A DNA stretch of 64,000 bases from Thermodesulfobacteriota bacterium (GTDB taxonomy: Bacteria; Desulfobacterota; Desulfobacteria; Desulfobacterales; SURF-7), in NCBI GenBank assembly GCA_049320885.1, contig JBMORA010000017.1, positions 84,376 to 148,375 on the forward strand. Reading direction: 5' to 3'. The first letter of the stretch is position 1, and the number at the start of each line of letters is the position of its first letter. The notes beneath the pieces were generated by a model. It saw only the letters and a list, made by a program, of their open reading frames with translations, had not been told where the DNA came from and searched no databases. Both the position numbers and the translations under genes were made by a program. Shown piece by piece: positions 38,792 to 49,260 of this stretch.

Positions 38792-40848
38792 GACGACTGC
38801 TTTTGCTTCCTCGGCACGCTGAAGTCGATGCGCGTGCCTTCTTTCGGCCGGCTCTGGATGGCGAATCGTCCGCCCAGCATCCGGATGCGTTCGGCCATGG
38901 CGGTGAGTCCCATTCCGTTACCGGCAGATTCGCCTTCAGCCCGCTTTTCGGCTGCAAAGCCCCGTCCGTTATCCGCCACACGGCACACCACCATACCATC
39001 TCTTATATTCATTTCAAGCGAAATCCGGGAGGCGTCGGCGTGTTTCAGGGCATTGGTCAGGGCTTCCTGAAAAATCCGATACAAGGAAATCTCCGTGTTC
39101 TGGTCGAGGAGCCCCCGGGTGTCCTCCAGCTCGGTTTTGATCAGGGTGTTGGTGTGTTTCACTGCCTCCTCGGCCAGTTGGCTCACCGCTGCCGTCAGGC
39201 CCAGGTCATCGAGAAGGGCGGGACACAATTCCCGGGACATGCGCCGGATACGGTCGGTGATGCCGTCGATGTACCGGAGGGACTCCTCGATGGCGGATTT
39301 GAGCTCCGGCTGTCCCTGGTCGATTTTTTTCTGGCTGGCCCGGAGCTGCAGTTTCAGCACCATGAGGGCCTGGCCCAATTCGTCATGCAATTCGATGGAG
39401 ATGCGGCGACGCTCTGTTTCCTGTGCCTGGATCAGCTGGAAAGAGAGGGCATGGAGACCGGCTTCGGAAATCCTCAAAGCTGCTTCCACCCGCCGAAGTT
39501 CGGTCTCCTCTTCTTTGCGTGCAGAGATATCACGGGTGATGGCCATGATTTCCCGCGTCGCTCCTTGCCTGCCGTTGGCTATGGTTCTGCTGGTGGTTTC
39601 CACCCAACAATAGTGACCGTCTTTCTGGCGGATGCGGTAGGCCACCGTGCAGCCAGAGGCGTTTTCCAGAACGGCCTGATGGGATTTGCCGATTGCCGCC
39701 AAATCCTCCGGGTGAAAAAATTCGTAGGCATTGCGGCCGATCAGTTCTTCCGGCGCGTATCCCAGTATCCCCCGGCAGGATGGTGAAACGAAGAGGTAGT
39801 CGCCCGTTTCGGTATGCTTGGAGATCATGTCCGTTGCGTTTTCCGCCAGCAGTCGGAACTGGCGTTCGCTCTCCTGCAGGGCCTTTTCGGCCAGGGTGCG
39901 GGCCTCCAATTCCCGGGCGAGACGCTTGTTGATCGTCTCCAGTTCCGCGGTACGTTCCCGGATGCGCTGCTCCAGGCTTGCATGGGCCTTCTGCAGCATT
40001 CGTTCGACCTGCTTCTGTTTGGTGATGTCGCGCCAGACAGAACGGCTGTAAAGAATGCGGCCGCTTTCATCATAAGCGGCGGAAACGTTCAGGGAGACGT
40101 CCACCAGACCACCATCTTTGCGTTGAACCTGGAGGGTTTCGTCCTTGATGACGCCGTTCCGCAGGAAATCCGGGAACAGACGCTCTCTGGCATGGACAGC
40201 CGAATCAGGCGCATAGAGCTCGAAGACCGGTCGGCCGATGATGTCTTTTTTTTCATAGCCCAGATCGTGCAGCAGGGTCTGGTTGCATTCCAGGATGACG
40301 GCGGTCGTTGCATCGACGGAGATGTACATGTCCGGAGCGTTGTCGTACAGGTCCCGGTATTTTATATCACTCCGGCGCAGGTTCTCGAGGGCGATGAATT
40401 TCTCGGCGATTCGTCCCATGCGTTCGGCTATGGAATCGATCAGATCTTTTTCTTCTTTCAGGAAGGGGCCGCAATCCTCAGGAGCGCGCTCTTCCAGGTA
40501 GACAATTTCCAAAAAACCGCTTGTTTTTCCGAAAACGCGGACATCGCTGGAAAGCCGCCATTCCGTCATCCGATGATTTGGCGTTTTGTAAACGCGATCA
40601 TCCAGTACAAGCTTCGCGGCAGTGATTTCCGGATATTGCCAGCCCGGGGGCAGCAGGAGCATGCTTTGCTGGAGAATTTCCTCCAGGGAGGAACCGGGAG
40701 TGTCAAAGAGACGGGAAAGACCATGGAGACAGGCCAGTTCTTTCATGCGTTCACGCAAGGCGACCTTCTCCTGCTGGTGCTCGGCAGCCGAGCGTTCCAG
40801 GGCATGGAGCCGCTGGATCAGTTCTTCTCGGGTCTGGATTTCAGTCAT
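38788..40848 (-). CDS. PAS-PAS HisKA_3 sensor kinase, cognate of the NarL-type regulator
   Basis: QETERRRISIELHDELGQ; QEALTNALKHA; DNGRGF; GMGL..MAER. Start uncertain (40848 or 40872). Confidence 0.92.
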   Translation of the reverse strand: MTEIQTREELIQRLHALERSAAEHQQEKVALRERMKELACLHGLSRLFDTPGSSLEEILQQSMLLLPPGWQYPEITAAKLVLDDRVYKTPNHRMTEWRLSSDVRVFGKTSGFLEIVYLEERAPEDCGPFLKEEKDLIDSIAERMGRIAEKFIALENLRRSDIKYRDLYDNAPDMYISVDATTAVILECNQTLLHDLGYEKKDIIGRPVFELYAPDSAVHARERLFPDFLRNGVIKDETLQVQRKDGGLVDVSLNVSAAYDESGRILYSRSVWRDITKQKQVERMLQKAHASLEQRIRERTAELETINKRLARELEARTLAEKALQESERQFRLLAENATDMISKHTETGDYLFVSPSCRGILGYAPEELIGRNAYEFFHPEDLAAIGKSHQAVLENASGCTVAYRIRQKDGHYCWVETTSRTIANGRQGATREIMAITRDISARKEEETELRRVEAALRISEAGLHALSFQLIQAQETERRRISIELHDELGQALMVLKLQLRASQKKIDQGQPELKSAIEESLRYIDGITDRIRRMSRELCPALLDDLGLTAAVSQLAEEAVKHTNTLIKTELEDTRGLLDQNTEISLYRIFQEALTNALKHADASRISLEMNIRDGMVVCRVADNGRGFAAEKRAEGESAGNGMGLTAMAERIRMLGGRFAIQSRPKEGTRIDFSVPRKQKQSS

Positions 40849-40974
40849 GGGGATTTTTCTTTGCCGTTTCATCCGCTTCTTTTGCCGGTTCCGTGTTTCG
40901 TATCGCCGTGCCGCCGTGAGGCGCTTGGTAACACAATGCCTGAACGGGCGCCTATCGAACATTTTCCCGGATCG

Positions 40975-41613
40975 TCAGCGCAGCAGCACCGCCCTGACCG
41001 GCGCGGCTTCGGCGCCGTTCAGGCGCAACGGAAGGCAGAACAGCGTGTAGCTGCCGGGCGGGACGGCGATGAGGTTGATGCTTTCCAGGATCAGGATTCC
41101 GGCGGACAGCAGCGTCCGGTGAGCCTTGAAGTCAAGGCTGTCCCAGGGGTCGACGGAGATATAATCGATGCCCACCAGCGCGACGCCCATTGTTACACAC
41201 CATTCGGCGGTTTCCGGAGACAAATGGACATGACGTTCCGAGAAAACGCCGCTGCGGCAAAGGCCGCGGGTGGAATTGCGCGTCCGGAACAGCAGGGCCT
41301 CCCCCGGCCGGAGGGTGACGTCCGCCAGGGCTTCCGGTTTGACGGAGACGTCATCATCGACGGGCACCACCAGGGCGGGGAGAATGAAATCCTTCACGTC
41401 GTATTGATCGACGGTTCTGCCGTCCTGGATGAAATGGGCCGGAGCGTCGATATGGGTGCCGGAATGCGCGCTGAGTTCCAGGCCGGACAGTTCGCAGGCG
41501 CCGCCGTTCCGGATGGTGGATATGGATTTCCGCGAATAGGGTACATCGCCGGGGTAGTCGATGGACCCGGCGCCCAGCGGAACGCTGATATCATAAATCG
41601 TTTTGTATTTCAC
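40975..41613 (-). CDS. Cyclase-family metal hydrolase (kynurenine formamidase-like)
   Basis: HSGTHIDAPAHF; VGIDYISVD; H..LL..GI.ILE; APVRAV. Confidence 0.92.
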   Translation of the reverse strand: MKYKTIYDISVPLGAGSIDYPGDVPYSRKSISTIRNGGACELSGLELSAHSGTHIDAPAHFIQDGRTVDQYDVKDFILPALVVPVDDDVSVKPEALADVTLRPGEALLFRTRNSTRGLCRSGVFSERHVHLSPETAEWCVTMGVALVGIDYISVDPWDSLDFKAHRTLLSAGILILESINLIAVPPGSYTLFCLPLRLNGAEAAPVRAVLLR

Positions 41614-41635
41614 GATGTGCCATCCCCCTGCCGCG

Positions 41636-44152
41636 TCACGACACTCCCCGTTGATTCAAAAACGGTCCGTACTGGCGGTCCACGTCTTGAATATGGTGGA
41701 TCAGCCAGCCTTTCAGGAAATTCATGGCTTCCACCCCCAGGGAGGTGCCGGCCTGAAAGCGTGCGCGCATGTCCGAAATCCGTTCCACAAAATGGGCGTG
41801 CATTTCCTGCTGACGCTCCAGACCCGGATACCGTTTCACCCGCAGGATCGCTTCTTCCTCCGCGAAGTGGGTTTGGGTGTATTCCACCAGCTCATCCAGG
41901 ATCCCGCCCAGGGAGGACTGGGCCTTGCCGGATTTCAGGCCGTCGTACAGCCGGTTGATCAGCTCCACCAGCTTGCGATGCTGGTCGTCCATTTTTCCGA
42001 CGCCCACCGAATACTCCGGACTCCATTGAATCATTTTTCCCGGTCCGGCGCCGGCGGCAGCCCTTGCGGACCGATGACGTCCCGGTGCGGCTATCAGAGC
42101 TTCGACTTTCCGTCCGGGAGTGTCCGACAGGACGGCGGACGCCTTCCGCCTGTCGCCCGGGGTCTCCCGGATGGTGAACAGCGCCAGGAGCTCCCGCAAC
42201 TGCTGGGCCTGGCCGGAGAGTTCCTCCGAGGCCGCGGCGCTTTCCTCGGCGTTGGCCGTGTTCTGCTGGGTGACGCTGTCGATCTGGCCCAGGCCCTGAT
42301 TCACCTGCTGGAGCCCCTGGGCCTGCTCGTTGGAGGCGGACGCTATTTCCGACACCAGTCCGGCGGCGCGGGTGATGCTTTCCACAATCTCCGTCAAGGC
42401 GCCGGCGGTTTGGGTCGCGATCCGCGATCCGTTTGCCACCTTGGTGTTGGAGGATTCGATCAACTCCGTGGTTTCCCGGGCGGCCCTGGCGCTGCGCTGG
42501 GCCAGGGTTCTGACTTCCTGGGCGACAACGGCGAACCCTTTGCCGTGCTTGCCGGCCCTGGCGGCTTCCACCGCGGCGTTCAACGCCAGCAGGTTGGTCT
42601 GGAAAGCGATGTCGTCGATGATTTTGATGATTTTCCCGATCTGGCCGCTGGAGGACTTGATATCATCCATGGCAACGGCCAGCTGCTGCATGTCCTGGTG
42701 GCCTTTCTGGGCCGATTCCTGGGCTCTGGTGGTGAGTTGGTTGGCCTCCTGGGCGCTTTCGGCGTTCCGGCGCACCTGGCCGCTGATTTCGTTCATGGAG
42801 GCGGTGATCTCCTCCAGGCTGGCGGCTGATTCCGTGGCGCCCTGGGAGAGGCTCTGGGCCGCGTCGGAGATCTGCCGGGCCCCGGAATGCACCTGCTCGG
42901 TGGCGCTGCGGACATCGCCGACAATTCTCGACAGATTGGTCACCATTTTTTCCAGGGCCAGGCCCAGTTGATCCCGGTCGGAGGCAAGCTGCAGATCGCA
43001 GTTCAGGTCCCCCTGGGCCACCCGTTCGGCCAAATCCGCTTTGGCGGCCAAGGTTTGGATCATCCGCCGCATGGCGGCGTGGACGCTGGCGTCGCCACCG
43101 GTTTCATCCACCGGAACGCGGGTGTCCCCTCTGGAGACGTGTTCGGCGATTTCGGACAACCGCATTGGTTCGGCGCCCAGCGGCTGGATGACGTTTTTCT
43201 GGATGCTCCAGTAGAGGAACCCGATCATGCCCAGCATGGCGATGCAGGCAAACCCGAAAACGGCGTTGATCATGTGGCGCTGCCGGTTCAACTCCCGCGT
43301 CACCACCGCGGCCTTCTGACCCATCAGGAACAGGCCTGTCTCCTGGCCATTGAAATTTTCGATGCGCTTGGCCAGGGTCAGGTATTCCCCGTCGAATACA
43401 TGCCCCTGTAATACCGCTGCCGGATCGAGACGGCGGGTGGCGTATTCCAGAAAGGGTTGGTCGATTTCATTGATGGATAACGTGTAATTTCCCAGTTGCG
43501 GCATGTCGCGGAGTTCCTTGGCGACGGACAAATGGTCGTTGTGCAGGAAATACAGAAAAAAGAACTCATGGGGTTCGAGGGTGCGGCGGATGGAATTGAG
43601 TCCCCCCTCGAAATCGGCGATGCCGACAAACTCGCCTTTGTGGAAAACCGGAAAGAGGCCCTTCAATCGCAAACCTAGCTCCGACGCCTCCAGTACCACC
43701 AAGGGTTTCCGGGTGTCCCGGACGCTTTTGAGGGCTTCGGAATAGGCGAGCTCCTCGCCGGATTTGTCCGGTTCCCAGGATTTGACGAAGACCTTCAGAT
43801 CCCGGTCCGCCAGGACGACGTTGACGTTTTTAAAACTCGTATGCTCCTTGTAAATCCGGTTGTATTGTTCGATGATGTCCTGGCAGCGCTTCCGGTCTCC
43901 ACTGCTCATGGCTTCTTGAATCAGCGGGTTGTTGGCCAGCTGCAGGGCGTTGGTCAGCCAGACTTCTTTCTTGGCGGTGAGGGCGTCATCCAGGGTTCTG
44001 GCCATCAGCGCCGCTTTGTTTTCGAGCACTTCCTGCCTGATGGTTGACTGTTGGGCCCAAAAATACGGAATGCCGGCCGCAAGGAAAACAGCGGTAATCG
44101 AAGTCAATGTGATAATCAATCTAGTGCGGACGCCCATTTTTGTTGCGGTCAT
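41636..44152 (-). CDS. Methyl-accepting chemotaxis protein with a dCache_3-like sensor and C-terminal bacteriohemerythrin (DcrH-like architecture)
   Basis: Two TMs; [30 protein letters not shown]-terminal W...YSVG...DDQH...HFAEEE...WLIHHI...D. SD ggagg before the ATG at 44152. Confidence 0.93.
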   Translation of the reverse strand: MTATKMGVRTRLIITLTSITAVFLAAGIPYFWAQQSTIRQEVLENKAALMARTLDDALTAKKEVWLTNALQLANNPLIQEAMSSGDRKRCQDIIEQYNRIYKEHTSFKNVNVVLADRDLKVFVKSWEPDKSGEELAYSEALKSVRDTRKPLVVLEASELGLRLKGLFPVFHKGEFVGIADFEGGLNSIRRTLEPHEFFFLYFLHNDHLSVAKELRDMPQLGNYTLSINEIDQPFLEYATRRLDPAAVLQGHVFDGEYLTLAKRIENFNGQETGLFLMGQKAAVVTRELNRQRHMINAVFGFACIAMLGMIGFLYWSIQKNVIQPLGAEPMRLSEIAEHVSRGDTRVPVDETGGDASVHAAMRRMIQTLAAKADLAERVAQGDLNCDLQLASDRDQLGLALEKMVTNLSRIVGDVRSATEQVHSGARQISDAAQSLSQGATESAASLEEITASMNEISGQVRRNAESAQEANQLTTRAQESAQKGHQDMQQLAVAMDDIKSSSGQIGKIIKIIDDIAFQTNLLALNAAVEAARAGKHGKGFAVVAQEVRTLAQRSARAARETTELIESSNTKVANGSRIATQTAGALTEIVESITRAAGLVSEIASASNEQAQGLQQVNQGLGQIDSVTQQNTANAEESAAASEELSGQAQQLRELLALFTIRETPGDRRKASAVLSDTPGRKVEALIAAPGRHRSARAAAGAGPGKMIQWSPEYSVGVGKMDDQHRKLVELINRLYDGLKSGKAQSSLGGILDELVEYTQTHFAEEEAILRVKRYPGLERQQEMHAHFVERISDMRARFQAGTSLGVEAMNFLKGWLIHHIQDVDRQYGPFLNQRGVS

Positions 44153-44350
44153 TGGTTGACCCTCCATTACCTCGCAATTGGATGCCTGTTGACTATCGGT
44201 GGTCGGTCTTTGTGACCAAATCCCCGCATAACCATATTGTTCAGCCATATAAGCGAAATCGTCCATCGATCCGGGCAATGGGTACGGCGAGTATGCGGGT
44301 GTTTGGGTTTGGGGATCGAAAGGGTTCGAGTGATTTTAATTCCTTCAAAA

Positions 44351-44802
44351 CTATAACAAATCGAATCGGGAAAGACAACAGGAATGATGGGTGTTCAGCC
44401 GGGATCGCTGCTGGATCTCATCCTTCAGGCTTTTCATGGCAAATGTTTCCTGCAGGGATTTCAGCTCCGTCCGGAACAACAGGAAATAACCCAAATTGGC
44501 CGTCAGGATTCCAACGACCGCCTTCCACCCTAAGTTTGCCAGCATGAAACCGGTATCCCACTGCCAGGGGCCGGCCACCATGAGGACCGGAGGGGCCGCG
44601 TAACTGGTAAGGGTGCCTCCCACGGAAATGTTGACGAAAAGCAACCCCAGGGTGGCGTATTTGAATTTCCGCGATGGCGACAGAGCGAAGAATTTTTCCG
44701 ACAGCAGCATGGCGGAAATGGTCATGGCCGCCGGATGGAACGGTTCCTGACGGATTCGGTCGGCGAGGATGCCGAGGACGCTGTCCATGGACGGCGGAAA
44801 AA
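44351..44802 (-). pseudogene. Remnant of a putative Na+/H+ antiporter (DUF1504 family)
   Basis: PAAMTISA.LL...KYATLGLLFVNISVGGTLT.YAAPPVLMVA..W is DUF1504-like. Only about 130 aa remain and both ends are missing. Confidence 0.75.
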
Positions 44803-44964
44803 CTATTTGGTCTGGGTCTGGGCGGCGGGCGCTCTTTTCAGCCAGTAGTCGGTGTAGAACACCTGGCCGGTTTTGACCGCCAGGGCGATCAGATATACCG
44901 TCATGACGGTGAGGACGATGATATGCTGCTTTGCCTTCACTTTTTCCTTCAGTTTTTGGAACAT
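44803..44964 (-). CDS. Small single-TM protein (53 aa)
   Basis: Strong SD ggaggag before the ATG at 44964; basic N-terminus then one hydrophobic helix (IIVLTVMTVYLIALAV). Confidence 0.65.
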   Translation of the reverse strand: MFQKLKEKVKAKQHIIVLTVMTVYLIALAVKTGQVFYTDYWLKRAPAAQTQTK

Positions 44965-45049
44965 GGACTCCTCCGGGTGATCGTTTGCAACCACCATAGT
45001 CCAAATGCCCGGGGATTGCAAGTCGTTGTGCGCGGCCGGACGCGCCCCG

Positions 45050-48000
45050 TCAAGGCCGCCGGCCGGCCGGCGAAATCCCCAGGCTGCCGATGAAACAGGA
45101 ATCATCGTCATCATCCGCCTCTTCCGTGGAACCGGAAGCCGGGCTGCCCAGGCCGGAGGGGTCCTTGACCATCAGGAGGTCGTCGTCATCGTCATAGGGA
45201 CCGTTGTCGGTGATGTACAGGGTGACGACGGTTCTTTCGGCATTAAAAACCGCGCCGTCGCCTTCGCCGTCGGAAATCAGGCCGCGGTCGAAATTCAGCC
45301 AGCCGGTTTCATAGGTGTATTTATACCAGGCAAAACCCGCCGGCGCCGGTTCGGGCAGGTAAACCGAGATAACGGCGGTGGCTCCGGGCTTGCTGGTTTT
45401 GGCTTCAACGGAAATCAATCCATAGGTCAAATCCGCCGGCCGGTTTGCCGTGGAACTGATGCCGGTGGGATTGACAGCCTCGATACCGGTCAGCTTGGTG
45501 CTGCCACCCGCCATGATACCGATGTCGTCATTGGTATACGACTGGAAGGTGGTGACACCCTCGGGATAGCGGGTGATGCCGTTGTCCGCCACGGAGATCT
45601 GAATGTCATCGGCGTCCGTCAGACCCTCCTCGTCGGTGCAGGTGAGCCGGAAGGCCAAGGTCGCGCCACTGGAACCGACCATCGGCGCGATGAAATTCAA
45701 CCGGGGCGAGGAACTGTCGGAAAGCGTCACAAGGGAACCGGCGGTCTGGATCCATTGATACGCCGCAATGGCGTTGTCCGCGTCATAGGAAGCCGAACCG
45801 TCCAGGCGCACGGTCGTCCCTTCCAGCACCACCTGGTCGTCTCCGGCCAGGGACACGGGCGGGCTCCCGGAAGCGCCTTGGGACCCCGTGACAGTCGCCA
45901 GAATGGAAACGGCGGCATATTCAGCGTCGGTGACCGTGATGGTCGAGACCCCCGCCGATACCCCGCTGACCGTCACGGTGGCGCCGGTGATGTCGGCTGT
46001 GGCGATATGGACGTAGCGGGAGAAGGCCCGATAGGGCGGTTCGCCGCCGCTGACGGTGACGGTGCCGCTGCCGCCGACGTTCAGGGTAAGGTTGCTTGCC
46101 GAAAGGGCCAATACCGGTTTGGCGGTGATGATAACGTTGATGCTGGCGGTTCCGGAAGTGCCTTCGTCATCCGTTGCGGTGAGGGTGACGGTATGACTGC
46201 CGGGCGCCAACAGGGAAGTGGAGACGGAGTTTCCCGAACCGATGACCTGGATCCGGCCGCCGAGATTGGACGTCCAGACCAGGGATTTGCCGATGAGGGT
46301 CCCGTCCTGCGGATCGCTGGCGGTGCCGTAAAAGCTGATGGTTTCGCCCTCGGTGAAGCGGGCGCCGGAAGCGGGACTGCCGATCACCGCCGAAGGCGGG
46401 GCGTTGCCGGCGGTGATGGTCACCGTGGCCGTGCCGGTTTCGCCCTCGCTGTCGGAGGCCGTCAGGGTGACGATATGCGTCCCTTCGGAGGCGTCGTTCC
46501 ATGACAAGGTTCCTCCGATACCGATCTGGCCGTCGAGATTGGATGTCCAGACCAGGGAGGCGCCGGTCAGGTTGCCGTCTTCCGGGTCCGTGCCGCTGCC
46601 CGTCAGCGTAATGACTTCATTTTCGTTGAAGGAGCTGTTGTTCCCGGGGGACGTGATGGTGGCCGTGGGTGTCCGGTTGACGATGGTCACGACGATGCTG
46701 TCCGTTCCTGTGTCACCGTCGCTGTCGGTGGCGGTCAGGGTGATGACATGGGAACCGCTGGAAAGGGTGTCGGAGGCCAGGGTCGCACCGGTGCCGATCT
46801 GATTATCCAGGCTGGAGCGCCAGACCAGGGAGGCCCCGGACAAGGCGCCGTCTTCCGTGTCCGAACCTGCGCCCTGGAAAACGACGTTGTCGCCGCTGTT
46901 GTAGCTGCTGCCGTCCGCGGGGGCTGAAATAACGGCGGTCGGCAGCTCATTGCCCACCTTGACGGAAATGGTGGCCGCGTCGCTGTCGCCGTCGCTGTCG
47001 GTGACGGTTAGGGTGATGACGTGGGTGCCGAAGGACAGGTTCTGGACCGGAAGGGGAGAGCCGGTGCCCAGCTGCCCGTCCAGGCTGGAGGACCATACCA
47101 GGGAGTTGCCGGCCAGGGGACCGTCCTCCGGATCGGTGCCGGTTCCGGTGAAGGTGACCTGCTGGCCCTCGTCGTAATCGCTGCCGCTGGTGGGCGCGGT
47201 GATGAGAGCCGTGGGTTCCTGGTTGGTAATGGTCACGATAATGGTGTCCGTATCCGCGTCGCCGTCGCTGTCGGTGACGGTCAGGGTGATGACATGGGTG
47301 CCGGTGACGAGGGTATTGGACACCACCGGCGAGCCGGTCCCGATCTGGCCGTCGAGGCTGGATGTCCAGACGAGGGCGGCCCCGGAAAGCGCGCCGTCTT
47401 CGGTGTCCGTTCCGGTTCCTTGAAAAACCACGTTGACGCCGCTTTGATAGCTGCTGCCGCTGGCCGGCGTCGTGATGTCCGCCGTGGGCGGTTCGTTGCC
47501 GACCTTGATGTTGATGGAAGCGGTGTCCTCATCGCCGTCGCTGTCGGTGACGGTGAGGGTGATGGTGTGATTGCCCGCGGACAAAGTCTGGATGGCCAGG
47601 GGCGAACCGGTGCCGAGCTGGCCGTCGAGGCTGGATGTCCATACCAGGTCGTTCCCGGCCAGGGCGCCGTCATCCGGATCCGTTCCCGTTCCGGTAAAAG
47701 TGATCAGCTCGCCCTCGTCAAAGGTGCTGCCGCCGGCCGGCGCCGTGATGACGGCGCTGGGGAGCCGGCGGATGGTGATTACAATGCTGTCCGAATTGGT
47801 TTCGCCGTCGCTGTCCGTCACCGTGAGGGTGATGGTGTGGACACCCCGGGACAGGTCGTTGGTGTTGAAGGCGGCGGAATTGCCGCCGATGGGGCCGTCC
47901 TTGGAGGAAAGCCAGGAATAATCGTCGATGGTGCCGGCGTCGGGATCGCTGGCGTCGGCGGTAAAGGCGATGAATTCTTCATGGGCGAAGGAGTCGTTGT

Positions 48001-48142
48001 CGGCCGGGGAGGTGATCTGTACCAGGGGAATGACGGCCCCGGCTTCCACCACCGATAGAATCCAGAGGAGCAGTGACGCCATGGCAATACAACCATGGCG
48101 GATAGCCGGATATGCCCTTTTTTCGCCGAACCGTTTGCGCAT
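45050..48142 (-). CDS. Large secreted Ig/PKD-repeat surface protein with a C-terminal choice-of-anchor-U-like domain
   Basis: ATG at 48142; signal peptide; seven ~90-aa repeats (P.A.I..P...G..I.F.G...D.EDG.L.G..LVW.S.LDG.IG.G...G.H.ITLT.TDSDG); two further Ig/PKD domains; RPADL.YGL...WYKY...V.L.ITD.G..D....DPSGLG; tail DDDDDSCFIGSL. Confidence 0.88.
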   Translation of the reverse strand: MRKRFGEKRAYPAIRHGCIAMASLLLWILSVVEAGAVIPLVQITSPADNDSFAHEEFIAFTADASDPDAGTIDDYSWLSSKDGPIGGNSAAFNTNDLSRGVHTITLTVTDSDGETNSDSIVITIRRLPSAVITAPAGGSTFDEGELITFTGTGTDPDDGALAGNDLVWTSSLDGQLGTGSPLAIQTLSAGNHTITLTVTDSDGDEDTASINIKVGNEPPTADITTPASGSSYQSGVNVVFQGTGTDTEDGALSGAALVWTSSLDGQIGTGSPVVSNTLVTGTHVITLTVTDSDGDADTDTIIVTITNQEPTALITAPTSGSDYDEGQQVTFTGTGTDPEDGPLAGNSLVWSSSLDGQLGTGSPLPVQNLSFGTHVITLTVTDSDGDSDAATISVKVGNELPTAVISAPADGSSYNSGDNVVFQGAGSDTEDGALSGASLVWRSSLDNQIGTGATLASDTLSSGSHVITLTATDSDGDTGTDSIVVTIVNRTPTATITSPGNNSSFNENEVITLTGSGTDPEDGNLTGASLVWTSNLDGQIGIGGTLSWNDASEGTHIVTLTASDSEGETGTATVTITAGNAPPSAVIGSPASGARFTEGETISFYGTASDPQDGTLIGKSLVWTSNLGGRIQVIGSGNSVSTSLLAPGSHTVTLTATDDEGTSGTASINVIITAKPVLALSASNLTLNVGGSGTVTVSGGEPPYRAFSRYVHIATADITGATVTVSGVSAGVSTITVTDAEYAAVSILATVTGSQGASGSPPVSLAGDDQVVLEGTTVRLDGSASYDADNAIAAYQWIQTAGSLVTLSDSSSPRLNFIAPMVGSSGATLAFRLTCTDEEGLTDADDIQISVADNGITRYPEGVTTFQSYTNDDIGIMAGGSTKLTGIEAVNPTGISSTANRPADLTYGLISVEAKTSKPGATAVISVYLPEPAPAGFAWYKYTYETGWLNFDRGLISDGEGDGAVFNAERTVVTLYITDNGPYDDDDDLLMVKDPSGLGSPASGSTEEADDDDDSCFIGSLGISPAGRRP

Positions 48143-49260
48143 GTTCCGCCTTATTGAATGGTGATGGTTATCGATTCGCTGTCCACCGCCCCGTTTCCAT
48201 CGGTGACGGTCAGGGTGATGAGATGCATTCCCGCCGAGAGGGAGCTGACGCTGAAATTGGTGCCGGTGCCGATCAGGTTGTCCCGGTTGGAAGTCCATAC
48301 CAGATTGCCTCCATACAGGTTGCCGTCCTCCTCATCGGTTCCGGTGCCGTTGAAAATGACAAGGTCGCCGGAGCTGAAGGTGTCGCCGTCGGCCGGGTTT
48401 TGAATGGCGGCCGTGGGCGCGGTGTTGCCGACGGTCAGGGCCACGGTGTCGGTCCCGGTGGCGCCGTCGCTGTCCGTGACGAGGAGGGTAATGGTATGGG
48501 CGCCGCTGGACAGATAGGAAACCGTGGGGGAAATGCCGATACCGATCTGGCCGTCCTTGTTGGAGCGCCAGACGAGGGAATTGCCGCTCAGGACCCCGTC
48601 TTCCGGATCGCTGCCGGTTCCGGAAAAGGTGACGGATTCGCTTTCATGGATGGTGGCGCCATCCACCGGATAATTGATCACGGCGGTGGGAGGGGTATTG
48701 CCGATGGTGATGGTCACGCTGTCGGTGCCGGTGGTCCCGGCGCTGTCCGTGGCCGCCAGACGGATGGTATGACTTCCCGACGACAGATTGTTGACGATGA
48801 TGGAGCCGCCCATGCCGATCTGACCGTCGATCTGGGATGACCAGATCAGGGCATTGCCCTGGAGCAGGCCGTCTTCGGTGTCCGTTCCCGTGCCGCTGAA
48901 GGTGATGAATTGCCCCTGTCCGAAGGTGCTGCCGCTGGCCGGTGAGGTGATGGCCGCGACGGGGATGGTGTTGCCCTGGACATTCACCGTGATGGTGGCG
49001 GTGGCGCTGCCCGTTCCTCCCTGGCTGTCGGTGACCGTCAACGTAATGACATGGGTGCCGGTGGAGAGGGATGCGTTGGGGATGTTGGTGCCGATGCCCA
49101 TGCGTCCGTCCCGGCTCGAGCTCCATACCAGGGAAGCGCCCGTCAAGGTTCCGTCCTCGGTATCGACCCCGGAGCCGGAAAATGTGATCAGATCCCCTTC
49201 GGTGAAGGTGGCGTTGTTCGCCGGCGCGGTGATGGCGGCGGTGGGCAGGGTGTTGTTGGC
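46130..49260 (-). repeat. Eleven intragenic ~270-bp Ig/PKD repeat units across two adjacent genes (7 + 4)
   Basis: Recurrent D[PT]EDG, LVW.S..DG and H.ITLT.TDS.G motifs at about 90-aa period. Confidence 0.85.

Noticed and set aside
39814..41958. 714-aa plus-strand ORF
   Set aside because: Antisense shadow of three well-supported minus-strand genes; no motifs; expected with high GC3 codon bias.
45005..46504. 499-aa Gly/Arg-rich plus-strand ORF
   Set aside because: Antisense to the Ig-repeat protein; its composition mirrors the Thr/Ser/Asp codons of the real gene.
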